Shown piece after piece: positions 26,385 through 36,530 of a stretch of 64,000 bases of DNA. Below the pieces are notes generated by a model. It was not told the origin of the DNA, did no database searches, and saw only the letters and a list, made by a program, of their open reading frames with translations. Both the position numbers and the translations under genes were made by a program. The stretch lies in NCBI RefSeq assembly GCF_011386835.1, contig NC_088795.1:66526001-66590000 (forward strand), given 5' to 3'. Position 1 is the stretch's first letter, and each line of letters begins with the position of its first letter. Origin of the DNA: Chrysemys picta bellii. Its lineage: Eukaryota.

Positions 26385-28336
26385 ATGCAGAGCTCTCCAG
26401 CAGAGGTGACCATGCAATCGCAGAATAGAAAGAGGGCCCCAGCATGGACTGATCGGGAAGTCTTGGATCTGATCGCTGTGTGGGGCGATGAGTCCATGCT
26501 TTCGGAGCTGCGATTGAAAAAACGGAATACAAAGATCTACGAGAAGATCTCAAAAGCCATGACTGAGAGAGGATACAGCCGGGATGCAGTGCAATGCTGC
26601 GTGAAAATCAAGGAGCTGAGACAAGGGTACCAGAAGACCAAAGCATCAAACAGACGCTCCGGATTCCAGCCCCAGACATGCCGTTTCTATGAGGCACTGC
26701 ATTCCATTCTAGGTGTGGCCGCCACCACTACCCCACCACTGTCCGTGGACTCTGACGGTGGGGTATTGTCGACAGCCGCTTCCTCGGAGATGTTCGCGGA
26801 CGGGGAAGATGAGGAAGGAGATGAGGAGGACGAGGCAGTCGACAGCGCTTTCAACGCTGATTTCCCCGACAGCCAGGATCTCTTCATCACCCTCACGGAG
26901 ATCCCCTACCAACCTTCCCAAGGCGGTAACACAGACTGTGAATCAGGGGAAGGATCAGTAGGTAAGTGTTTTAAACATTTATTTTGAACAGAATAGGAAT
27001 GGTATCTTAACAATGGGTTTTTCATGATTAGTTTGCCCTAGGCGCTTTAGTTTTTAGTCCTTGCCAGTGCAGCTACTGAAAAATTCTGTCAATATGTCCG
27101 GGGATAGAGCAGAAATCCTCCTGGGACATCTCCACGAAGCTCTCCTGAAGGTATTGTGAAAGCCTTTGCATCAGATTCCTGGGGAGAGCGGCCTTATTGC
27201 GTCCTCCATGGTAGGAAACTTTTCCACGCCAGGCTAGCAGCAAGTACTCTGGGATCATTGCCTCGCAAAGCATGGCAGCATACGGCCCTGGTGTTTGCTG
27301 GCATTCATGCAGCATGCGGTCTTTCTCTGTCTCCGAAATCCTCATCAGAGTGATATCACTCATGGTAACCTGCTTTGAATTAGGGGAATGTTAGTATTGG
27401 GACTGATTGCCTGTTCCTTTACAGAACTGTAACCGGCGGTTTACAGCCACGCGGTGGAGGCGGGACAGGGGCAGCATTCCGGGGTCTTTCCCGGGGACAG
27501 CCACGAGGGGGGTGGGACAGGGGCAGAGTTCATGCTGGCCAGATTGCTGGCAGCAGGAACTGGCCAACACTAGGAGCATTGCTTGGAATGCGAAAGGAGG
27601 GCACTGCTATAAATTAAGCTTTAAGCAGCCAAAAGTCTACGTCTTACCATGTCTGCCTGCTTGCCGAATTCCGTTGCCTAGCCCTGCTTGTGTGATCTGT
27701 ACAGCAAGACCCCAGGCACTCAATGGGAAGGCCGAAAATTCGACCTTGTACTGAGTGCCCAGGTGATAGGTACTGTCCATGGTCTTGTTCACAGAGAAAG
27801 ACTATATTCACTGTTCGCAAAACTGTATCTTTGTGAGGAATTCACTCCCTTTTCCCCATCCCACAGCTGCTAGTGTCTCCCGAGCTACCCCGGCATCCCC
27901 TTCCCAGAGGCTGGCGCGGATCAGGCGATGAAAGAGAAGGACACGGGACGAGATGTTCTCAGAACTTATGGGCTGCTCCCGAGCCGAGGCGGCACAGCAG
28001 ACCCAGTGGAGGGAGAACATGTCACAATATCAGCGATCACACAGCGAACGGGAGGACAGGTGGTGGCAAGAAGACCAGCAGGCAACTCAAACACTGCTTG
28101 GACTAATGAGGGAGCAAACGGACACGCTCCGGTGCTTTGTAGATATTCTGCAGGACCGGAAGCAGGAGGACAGAGCCCCGCTGCATTCTCTCTCTAACCG
28201 CCCTCCCCCGCCACAAAGTCCCATCCCCCCCTCACCCAAAGTCCCAAGAAGGAGGGGCAGCAGGGGCCGTGAAAACAGTCACTCCACCCCTGCAGACTGC
28301 TCAAGTAACAGAAGGCTCTCATTCCCAAAGATTTGA
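26385..28336 (+). pseudogene. Harbinger Myb/SANT-like (trihelix) DNA-binding gene, 2 exons (26385-26961, 27867-28336), with premature stop
   Basis: RKRAPAWTDREVLDLIAVWG...YEKISKAMTERGYSRDAVQCCVKIKELRQGY is a Myb/SANT-like domain followed by an acidic tract. Donor AG|GTAAGT at 26961/2 and acceptor CCCATCCCACAG| at 27866/7 join in phase 1. In-frame TGA at 27929-27931; AATAAA at 28413. Confidence 0.9.
27073..27369 (-). CDS. Putative third Harbinger ORF (99 codons from the acceptor), antisense inside the Myb intron; function unknown
   Basis: Uninterrupted non-repetitive ORF ...AMIPEYLLLAWRGKVSYHGGRNKAALPRNLMQRLSQYLQESFVEMSQEDF... preceded by CTAAT...GCAG. An upstream phase-compatible exon candidate (27718-27648) ends ATG|GTAAGA. 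Confidence 0.55.
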   Translation of the reverse strand, partial: VTMSDITLMRISETEKDRMLHECQQTPGPYAAMLCEAMIPEYLLLAWRGKVSYHGGRNKAALPRNLMQRLSQYLQESFVEMSQEDFCSIPGHIDRIFQ

Positions 28337-29093
28337 TAAGTCCTTTCCTTCACTCCAAAAGCACCTCACCCAAGCCCCCATCCCAGTTTCGTCCCCTAAC
28401 TGTGTAGTTGTTAATAAAAAAATATGTTTCTGTTAATTACTGTTTCCGTCATGTTCTTTTAGAGGAGAGTGTGTTTGAAGGGGGGGAAGGGGGTTGGTAA
28501 TTGGAGAGGACAGTCACCTTTACCATGGTACAGACAAGGGGGCAGGTTCAGCAGAAGGTCATACACACATTGCAGTCACTAGGCACCCTGGTCAGTCTGG
28601 GAGGTGGTTTTCATGTTCTGTGTGTGTGGCGGGGGGGCTATGTGAGTTTGTGGCGGGGGAGCGTGGTTACAGATCTTATGCAGCGGTCCTTAGCCTGGCT
28701 GACAGAGCCACGCAATAACCGCCATCCACCGCCACAAAGTCACATAGCCCCCCCACACAGAGTCCTGAAAAGGAGGGGTGGCAGTCTCCGTTGAAACAAC
28801 CAGTCCACCACTGCGGACCGCTCTAGGAGCAGGAGCCTGTCATTCCTCCAGTTTAGAAGCATCCTTTCCATCACTACACCCGCTCCCGACCACAGTCTGC
28901 GTCCCAGTTTCAACACTTTACCATGAAATCCTGAATAAAGAAAACGGTGTTAATGAACAAAGTTTCATTTATTTTATTTTTAAAGGTGTGTTGGAAGGGG
29001 GGGAAAGGGGTTGGTAACTGGAGAGGATAGTCAACATTAACTGGGTAAAGAAACGGGGGGCAGATTCAGTTTCTGTTTAAACAAACTTAATAG

Positions 29094-30358
29094 TCAGAGG
29101 TTACCCTGCTCACTCTGGAACCTAGCTTTCAAAGCTTCCCGGATGCACAGCGCGTCCCGCTGGGCTCTTCTAATCGCCTGACTGTCTGGCTGGGCATAAT
29201 CAGCAGCCAGGCAATTTGCCTCAACCTCCCACCCCGCCATAAACATCTCCCCCTTGCTCTCACAGAGATTGTGGAGCACACAGCAAGCTGCAATAACAAT
29301 GGGGATATTGGTTTCCCTGAGATCAGAGCAAGTCAGTAAGCTTCTCCATCTGCCCTTCAGACATCCAAAAGCACACTCCACCACCATTCTGCACTTGCTC
29401 AGCCGGTAGTTGAAGAGTTCTTTTTCACTGTCCAGGGCGCCTGTATAGGGCTTCATGAGCCAGGGCATTAGCGGGTAAGCTGGGTCCCCGAGGATCACTA
29501 TAGGCATCTCCACATCCCCAACAGTTATTTTGTGGTCCGGGAAGTAAATACCTTCCTGCAGCCGTCTAAACAGACCAGAGTTCCTGAAAATGCGAGCATC
29601 ATGAACCTTGCCCGGCCATCCGACGTTGATGTTGGTAAAACGTCCCCTATGGTCCACCAGTGCTTGCAGCACTATTGAAAAGTAGCCCTTTCAGTTAATG
29701 TACTGGCTGGCCTGGTGGTCCGGTCCCAGGATAGGGATGTGAGTTCCATCTATAGCCCCACCACAGTTTGGGAATCCAAAGCCAGCAAAGCCATCTATGA
29801 TCACCTGCACGTTTCCCAGGGTCACTACCTTTGAGAGCAGTAGCTCAACAATTGTTTTGGCTACTTACATCACAGCAACCCCCACGGCAGATTTGCCCAC
29901 TCCAAAGTGATTCGCAACTGACCGGTAGCTGTCTGGCGTTGCAAGCTTCCAGAGGGCTATGGCCACTTGCTTCTGGACAGTCAGGGCTGCTCGCATCCAG
30001 GTGTCCTTGCGCTTCAGGGCAGGGGACAGCAACTCACAAAGTTCCAGGAAAGTTCCCTTACGCATCCTAAAGTTTCGCAGACACTGTGATTCATCCCAGA
30101 CCTGCAGCACTATGCGGTCCCACCAGTCCATGCTTGTTTCCCGGGCCCAGAATCACCGTTCCACAGCATCAACATGACTCATTGCCACCATGATGTTCAT
30201 GGCACGGGGTCTGTGCCCCTCTCAGACTTAATGTCCTCGCCGCGCTGCCGTAGCCTTCTCACCCGATTTCTCAGCATCTGCCTCTGAAAAAGGTGGATGA
30301 TAAGGTGCGAGGTGTTGACAACGGCCATAACTGCAGCGATGATCGCAGCAGGCTCCAT
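29094..30358 (-). pseudogene. Harbinger DDE transposase (DDE_Tnp_4/HARBI1-like), disrupted
   Basis: Read-through gives MEPAAIIAAVM...WWDRIVLQVWD...NFRMRKGTF...GFPNCGGAIDGTHIPI...KGYFS...GKVHDARIFRNS...GDPAYPL...FNYRLSKCRMVVECAFGCLKGRW...CCVLHNLC. Stops at 30153-30155, 29865-29867 and 29691-29693, plus a frame break near 30200. Confidence 0.95.
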
Positions 30359-31240
30359 GCTCGCAGTGCTGTGGCGTCCGCGCTATCAATCACCAGAAAA
30401 GTGTGCAAACTGATTGCCTGCTGGCGCTTTCACGGGGGGGAGGGGGAGGAGAGCGGGAGTGAGGGTCGAATGACAACAGTTACCCAAAACCACCCTTGAC
30501 ACATTTTTTGCCCCAGCAGGTATTGGGGGCTCGACCCAGAATTCCAATGGGCAGCGGGGACTGCGGGAACTGTGGAATAGCTGCCCACAGTGCACCGCTT
30601 CCAATGTTGATGCTTGCCCTGTTAGTGTGAACTCACAAAGTCAAATTACTGTCCTTAGTGTGGATACACATGTTCGACTTTGTAATATCGGTTCCACAAA
30701 TTCGCTTTAAGTAAAATCGAACTACTCTTGTAGTGTAGACATACCCTAATAAAGTTTAATAAAGTCTAATAAAGTTCAGGATTTAGATTGCATCCTTCTC
30801 TTTTATTTTCTTTGATATCTATCTCTGACTTTTATGCCTACTTACAGTCAGTTAAAATCTATCTTTCTGTAGTTAATAAACTTATTTTATCTTAACCAGT
30901 GAGTTTGTCTGAAGTGTTTGGGAAATCTGTTCAGGTTACAAGTCCAATTTCCTTTGATGAAGTGGTGAATTAGTTAATAAACTTTCACTGCTCAAGAGAA
31001 GGGCAAGACAGTATATTCCTGGGGTGCAAGGCTGGGGGCTTGAGAAGTTCTTTGGTTTCCTGCTGTGTATGGTTCATGAAAGTATTCATGCAATGTAGCT
31101 GGGTGTGCCTCTGCATGCTGGTGGCTGAGTGACAGCTGTGCTTGTAGGGGGGTTGCTGCTCATCACTGGCAAAGCATTGTGAAAGACAGCCCAGGTTGGA
31201 GAGTTACAGTTCCAGGTTGTACCCCGGGGGTCCAGTCACG

Positions 31241-31370
31241 GCTGGCTGCGGGGCCACTCCAGGAGCATCCAGCATGGCTGTCCCCAGGGCCAGCTGCATG
31301 GGCGGCCCTGGGGTCAGCCTCCCTGACTGCTGCAGAAGTCACGGAGGTCGTGGAAAACCATGGAAGCCTT
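31241..31370. mobile_element. GC-rich terminal fragment of a probable hAT-type non-autonomous element abutting the LTR
   Basis: Ends AAGTCACGGAGGTCGTGGAAAACCATGGAAGCCTTA; recognition only. Confidence 0.35.
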
Positions 31371-31924
31371 ACCAAGAAATGCTGTGGATGTTATAGCACC
31401 AGATACAGAAACAGAACCAGAATACTCTACAGTATGATCTCAATGTGCCTCCTACTGGCATTCTGGGAGAATGGAGGAGAAGGAGGTAGCTGCCTGACAT
31501 GATACAGAAGGGTGAAAGATGGTCAGAAGAGGGTTAGGCAAGGGGCAATAGAAACAGAAGATCACAGGTATAGACGTGGGCAGAGGATAGGGGAAGCTAG
31601 AAGAGGACTGGGCTCGGGCAATAGCAGCAGAAGTTAACAAGAGCATAAAAAGGGACAGTTGGCAGAGGAGCCATGCTAAGCTTCAATTTAATTCACCTTC
31701 AGAATTTGGGATTGAACCCAAGATCCTCAGTTTCAGCATTTCTGTATTGTTTAGCAAATAGCTGTGAAATCCACAAGCAAATCATGTGTCTCATTGCCCA
31801 TTAGTGGCTGGTCAAGAGAGAAGATAATCTACTGCTGCTACCACTTACTCCATTAGTACAGTTCTGTGTATCTGAATATTTCAACCCCTTTGAAGACCCC
31901 TGTAGGGGTCAATATGATTCCATT

Positions 31925-32095
31925 ATTGAGAGAAAGTAGGCGAGGTAATGTCTTTTATTGGATCAACTTCTGTTGATGGAAGGAACAATCTTTCAAGCTT
32001 TCACAGAACTCTTCTTCAGGTCTGTGTAACTTGAAAGCTTGTCCCTTCCACCAACAAAAGTTTTCTCTGACATCCTGAGACCAACATGGTTACAC
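31925..32095. mobile_element. Penelope-type remnant, inverted relative to 19695-19786
   Basis: GGTAATGTCTTTTATTGGATCAACTTCTG...AACTCTTCTTCAGGT is the reverse complement of the 19695-19786 motif; followed by a partial fold-back. Confidence 0.65.
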
Positions 32096-33807
32096 CATTT
32101 TATATTGTCAGTTTTTTTGCTTTTTAATGTAGGAAATCACATATCAAAACAGTGCCTCCTTCAATGCACAGGACAGATAGTGCTCAACAAATGATTCAGG
32201 ATTGTGAGTCAGGCTGCTGTTACAAGTCCCCTACTTCAATATAACACACTAAACAGCACATACATGTTCATAACTAGTCAGGGCCTACTAAATCACAAAG
32301 ACCTACTAAACCACAAGGTTTATCTTCATGAACTGGCAGAATATAGCTCCCAAATGAGATGGTCTTGAAGGTGGTAGTGATGGAATTAAGTTGCTGTGCA
32401 TTCATTGTCCTGTACTGCAACCCACATTTCTCCCTGTCATTGCCTACTTGCCCAGCCCCAGCCCAGCATCGGAACAGCTCACACACACACTAGCAGGGCA
32501 CTGGCATCCGTTTTCCCATTCAGTAGCCTGCTGAGACCCAGAGCCCATCTTCGGGAGAACTCCAGTAGCCAGGGCATATATGCCCAAATAAAGAACCAAA
32601 GAGGATCCATATGGAGCATGAGACCACAGGTGCTGCTGGGAAGAACAACTCTCCAGTAGGGAAGCCCCTTAGAGGAGCTTCAGTGAGGTACTGGATGGAG
32701 AAAGAGAAATCAAGAAATACTGTGGCAGAAATGAGGAAGTATTGATAGATTTGGGAGTAGAAGAAAGTACACAACTCGGGTTATTATTGGTGGGAAGAAA
32801 GTGTGGAAATAATGTCTCTTATCAGAGCCAAAGTATTGTAAACCAAGTAAATTTGCACACATTGCCGACTGAGGTAAAATTTACTCTAGGAAGACCTGTG
32901 TTTATATTTAGGCAGTATGTCCCTCATCGTCATCATATTATATATCTTATCTGTAACTCAGGGCCCTAACTTGCAAACCCTTCCTCACATGACTCATTCC
33001 ATTGACTTCAGTGGAACTATTTGTGGATGGGATGGGAAGTTTGGGTGTTGATGCCAGCTTCTGCATGGCACAGGAGTGGGTGGAGAATGACAAAAGGATC
33101 ATTAGATGCTTTGCAGAATAGGGATGGATTTCGGCACATCCTTAAATGCTTTTCTGAGTCATCATCTAAAGGATTACTAGTGCTGATGGGATACAGATCG
33201 GCTTGAATCCAGGGCAGTACAGTGCTCTCTAGGAGTTATTTCTGAGGAGGCAGTGTTCAAAACTCATGAAAAACTGGGAAAAGCAAATTCTGTTTCAATT
33301 TACGGGGGAAAAGGAGAAATGAAGAGTGAGCCTTATGGTCCAATTTCTGTTCAACTTTCTAAATTAATGAACAAATATGGAGAGAGAAAAACAAAGTAGT
33401 AAATGTAAACTATTTGGATTTTAGTAAGGCATTTGATACAGACTAAAATCCTGCTTTCAAAATTAATTCAAATTGCTTTGGAGGCAAACGTCCATGTGGA
33501 TTGAAAACTTGCTGAAAGTCTGTACTCATACATTTATGAGGCACTGCAGCATATTGAATTGTGGAGAGGTTTCAATTGGGGTACTATATAAATCGGAGTG
33601 AGGTCTAGTGGTTTTTTTATCATCTTCTTCAATAAACTGGATGATAGACTAAGTAGCAAGTTGATGAAAATGACATATTATAGAGAATTGGTAGGTATAG
33701 AAATACCAATGAGGACAGAAGAATTATACAAAGATCTAAAGAGATTCAAAGCATGGTCAGAAAATAATGAAATTAGGTTAAATTGGGGGGAAGGGGATTT
33801 AAATACA

Positions 33808-33997
33808 GGGCTTGTTTACATGGCACAGCCATGCACATTTAATGTAGTCCCATTTCAGACTGCACAACATCACACTAGTGAAATTTTAGTGCACGCCAGC
33901 AGGGTCTATACAGACCAGGTAGTTCACAGTACATTGGTGCACTTTAGAAGAAGTCATACCATTCTAGTGTGCATTGCTTCACCATGTAGACAAGCCC
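33808..33997. mobile_element. Harbinger-type MITE
   Basis: TIRs GGGCTTGTTTACA / TGTAGACAAGCCC resemble the ends of the large Harbinger; interior similar to 36353-36530. Confidence 0.75.
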
Positions 33998-34445
33998 ACG
34001 GTTATTAATAGGTGATACTTGAAAGCAAATTTGCATGTGCTTTCAGTGTGAATTGACAGCAAAAAAGGGTAGTGCAGTGTTGGGCTAGGTATATGGAGGT
34101 ACCATACACTGAGCCAATGTTGGAATACTCAACATGTTGCTCTTTACAGCTGCAGCTGGAAGTGTGTGTTCTGTTCTGGGCACATTACCAGAAAATTATT
34201 GACAAATTTACAAGCTAAGATGTAGATGAGCTACATATAATAGCTTCCATAAGTGAGAACTAGAAAGAAAGGTAGAACATAAGAGTCTCCAAGTATTTGA
34301 AAAAAATGTACAAACCAAGACTTCAGAAGAATTAATTAGCACATGAAGGATAAATGGGAATAATATGAAATTAATAAATGGAATATTTAGGCTCCATATA
34401 AAGAATAACTTTCTAACTGTAAGGTCTATTAGGTTGTAGAACAAC

Positions 34446-34710
34446 CAGGGCCGGCACTTCCATTTAGGTGACCTAGGCGGTCGCCTAGGACACCAGGATT
34501 TGGTGGGGCGGCATTTTGCCACCCTCGGCGGCAATTCTGCGGCGGGTCCTTCACTCGCTCCAGGACCCGCTGCCAAAGTGCCCTGAAGACCAGGAGCGCG
34601 GAAGGAACCCTCCCCCACCGCAGGACCCCCCCGCCGCAGAATTGCCGCCGCCGACGGGGAGCGCGGAAGGACCCCCGCTTAGGGAGCCAAAAACCCTGGC
34701 GCCGCTCCTG
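34446..34710. mobile_element. CpG-rich non-autonomous hAT element (265 bp) with 8-bp TSD
   Basis: TIRs CAGGGCCGGC / GCCGCTCCTG; TSD AGAACAAC at 34438-34445 and 34711-34718. Confidence 0.92.
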
Positions 34711-34974
34711 AGAACAACTTCTTTATGGAAATGGTGGGAGACACTTCCCATGACACATTTAGAACTAGACTAGACAAAACACTAGAAAATAAACAAGAAG
34801 AATCAGTACTCCCTAGAGATCATTATTAGGATATCGATTAGATGACCTGATAAGTAATTTTCCATCTCTACTGTCTGATTCCATGAAAAATCTATTTTTC
34901 AACACTGAATCTATAATTTTGAAACAATCACACTTTCACATTCTGGCCCCATTCTGACCACGTTTATACCCATG

Positions 34975-35717
34975 TGTCATAAACATACAGCTAAAGGTAG
35001 CATAAAGTCCATCTTTACCCTGTAAAGGATTAAGAAGCTCAGGTAACCTGACACCTAGCTGACACCTGACCAAAAGGACCAATAAGGGGACAAGATACTT
35101 TCAAATCTGGGGGGAAGGGGGGAGGCTTTGTTCTGTCTGTTTGCCGGAGACAGATCGAGAAGGCAAGTAATCCAACTCAATTAGAATTAGTAAGTACTAA
35201 TAAGGGAATGCGTTAGCTTACTTTTATTTTGGCTTGTGATTTCCTTGTCTAGAGGGAGGTTTATCCCTGGTTTTGTAACTTTAAGGTTTTGCCTAGAGGG
35301 GGATCCTCTATGGTATTGAGTCTTTTGTTATTCTGCAAAGTACTTACCATCCCGATTTTACAGAGGTGATTCTTTTACCTTTTCTTTAAAATTCTTCTTT
35401 TAAGAATCTGATTGATTTTTTCATTGTTTTCATTGTTCACCTGTACCAATTGGTGAGGATATTATTCTCAAGCCTGCCCAGAAAAGGGAGTGTAGGGGCT
35501 TGGGGAGATATTTGGGGAAGGTAGGGCTCCACGTGGGCCTTCCTAAATGTTTGTTTAAATCACTTGGTGGTGGCAGCATTACTAAATCCAAGATACAAGG
35601 AAGAATTTGTGCCTTGGGGAGTTTTTAACCTAAGCTGGTAGAAATAAGCTTGGGTGGTCTTCATGAAGGTCCCCACATCTGTACCCTAAAGTTCAGAGTG
35701 GGGAGGGAACCCTGACA
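34975..35717. mobile_element. Solo LTR (743 bp) with 5-bp TSD
   Basis: TGTCATAAAC ... GAACCCTGACA; CCATG at 34970-34974 and 35718-35722. Confidence 0.88.
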
Positions 35718-35953
35718 CCATGCAACCTCACATATTACAAATGAGAGAAAAATTTACTCATGAAGGTCCCCCACATCTGTACCCTAAAGTTCAGAGTGGG
35801 GAGGGAACCCTGACACCATGCAACCTCACATATTACAAATGAGAGAAAAATTTACTCATGAAGGTCCCCCACATCTGTACCCTAAAGTTCAGAGTGGGGA
35901 GGGAACCCTGACACCATGCAACCTCACATATTACAAATGAGAGAAAAATTTAC
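35661..35953. repeat. Tandem triplication of a 97-98 bp unit spanning the LTR right junction
   Basis: Units start at 35661, 35758 and 35856 and differ only by one C in a homopolymer. Confidence 0.95.
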
Positions 35954-36133
35954 CCCTGTGTATTACATACGGAAACTTTTTTGGGTTAAGCGGTTCTCAA
36001 ATGTGGGTCACAACCACATTTTAATGGGGTCGCCAGGACTGGCTTAGACTTCCTGGGGCCTGATGCTGAAACCCGAGCCCCAGTGCCCGGGGACAGAGCT
36101 GAAGCCAACATGTTACAAACTAACTGGCTATGT

Positions 36134-36352
36134 CAGGGGTTCTCAAACTGGGGGTTGGGACCCCCCAGGGGGTCGAGAGGTTAATACATGCGGGGTCACG
36201 AGCTGTCAGCCTGCGCCGCAAAACCTGCATTACCTGCAGCATTTATAATGGTGTTAAATATATAAACAAGTGTTTTTAATGTATGGGGGGGTCATACTCA
36301 GAGGCTTGCTGTGTGAAAGGGGTCACCAGTAAAAAAAGTCTGAGAACCCCTG
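36134..36352. mobile_element. hAT MITE (219 bp) with 8-bp TSD
   Basis: TIRs CAGGGGTTCTCA(A/G)ACT; TSD GGCTATGT at 36126-36133 and 36353-36360. Confidence 0.92.
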
Positions 36353-36530
36353 GGCTATGTAGACCCTGTTGGAACACACTAAATATTCTGTAGTATGTTC
36401 ATGCACACTAGGAAATTTTTAGTGCATGCCAGCAGGGTCTACACAGACCAATTAATGTAGAACACATTGGTGCCCTTTAGAATTCACACTCCGCTGGTGC
36501 ACATTATTGCACCTTGTATACAAGAACTAA
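36353..36530. mobile_element. Harbinger-type MITE remnant related to 33808-33997
   Basis: Shares TTTTAGTGCA(T/C)GCCAGCAGGGTCTA(C/T)ACAGACCA and ACATTGGTGC(C/A)CTTTAGAA. Confidence 0.7.

Larger units (their letters stand above)
25988..30746. mobile_element. Full-length PIF/Harbinger DNA transposon (~4.76 kb), inactivated
   Basis: Degenerate TIRs GGCCTAATCTACACTA / TAGTGTAGACATACCC; TWA-type flanks (TTA left, TAA right); convergent Myb/SANT-like gene and DDE transposase. Confidence 0.95.
25366..31240. mobile_element. LTR interrupted by the Harbinger element (pieces 25366-25987 and 30747-31240)
   Basis: Both pieces are collinear with the LTR at 41349-42426 (e.g. GTTACTGAAATATGTTGTGA; CACT(G/A)GGGTGAGA; CTTTCTGTAGTTAATAAA; GCTGGGTGTG; CAGTTCCA(G/A)GTTG..CCCC). 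TATA-like GGGTATAAAATAAGG near 25787. No TSD found. Confidence 0.8.
33245..34820 (+). mobile_element. Ancient degenerate CR1/L3 ORF2 and 3' end, interrupted by two DNA-transposon insertions
   Basis: Residual RT-coding motifs such as TATTTGGATTTTAGTAAGGCATTTGATACAG ([10 protein letters not shown]) and a CR1-like tail (TAGAACTAGACTAGACAAAAC). Confidence 0.7.

Noticed and set aside
26304-26987. 227-aa ORF as a host MSANTD/ZSCAN29-like gene
   Set aside because: It lies between Harbinger TIRs opposite a decayed transposase, and exon 2 has a premature stop; no sign of domestication.
29094-29672. 192-aa ORF as host HARBI1
   Set aside because: It is the C-terminal piece of the element's own transposase, separated from the N-terminus by nonsense codons.
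33598-34008. 136-aa ORF
   Set aside because: A chimera of decayed CR1 sequence and an inserted MITE.
34208-34773. Overlapping GC-rich ORFs
   Set aside because: Stop-poor translation of the CpG-rich hAT insertion.
35661-35953. Regular repeat array as CRISPR-like
   Set aside because: Head-to-tail identical units with no unique spacers, in vertebrate DNA.
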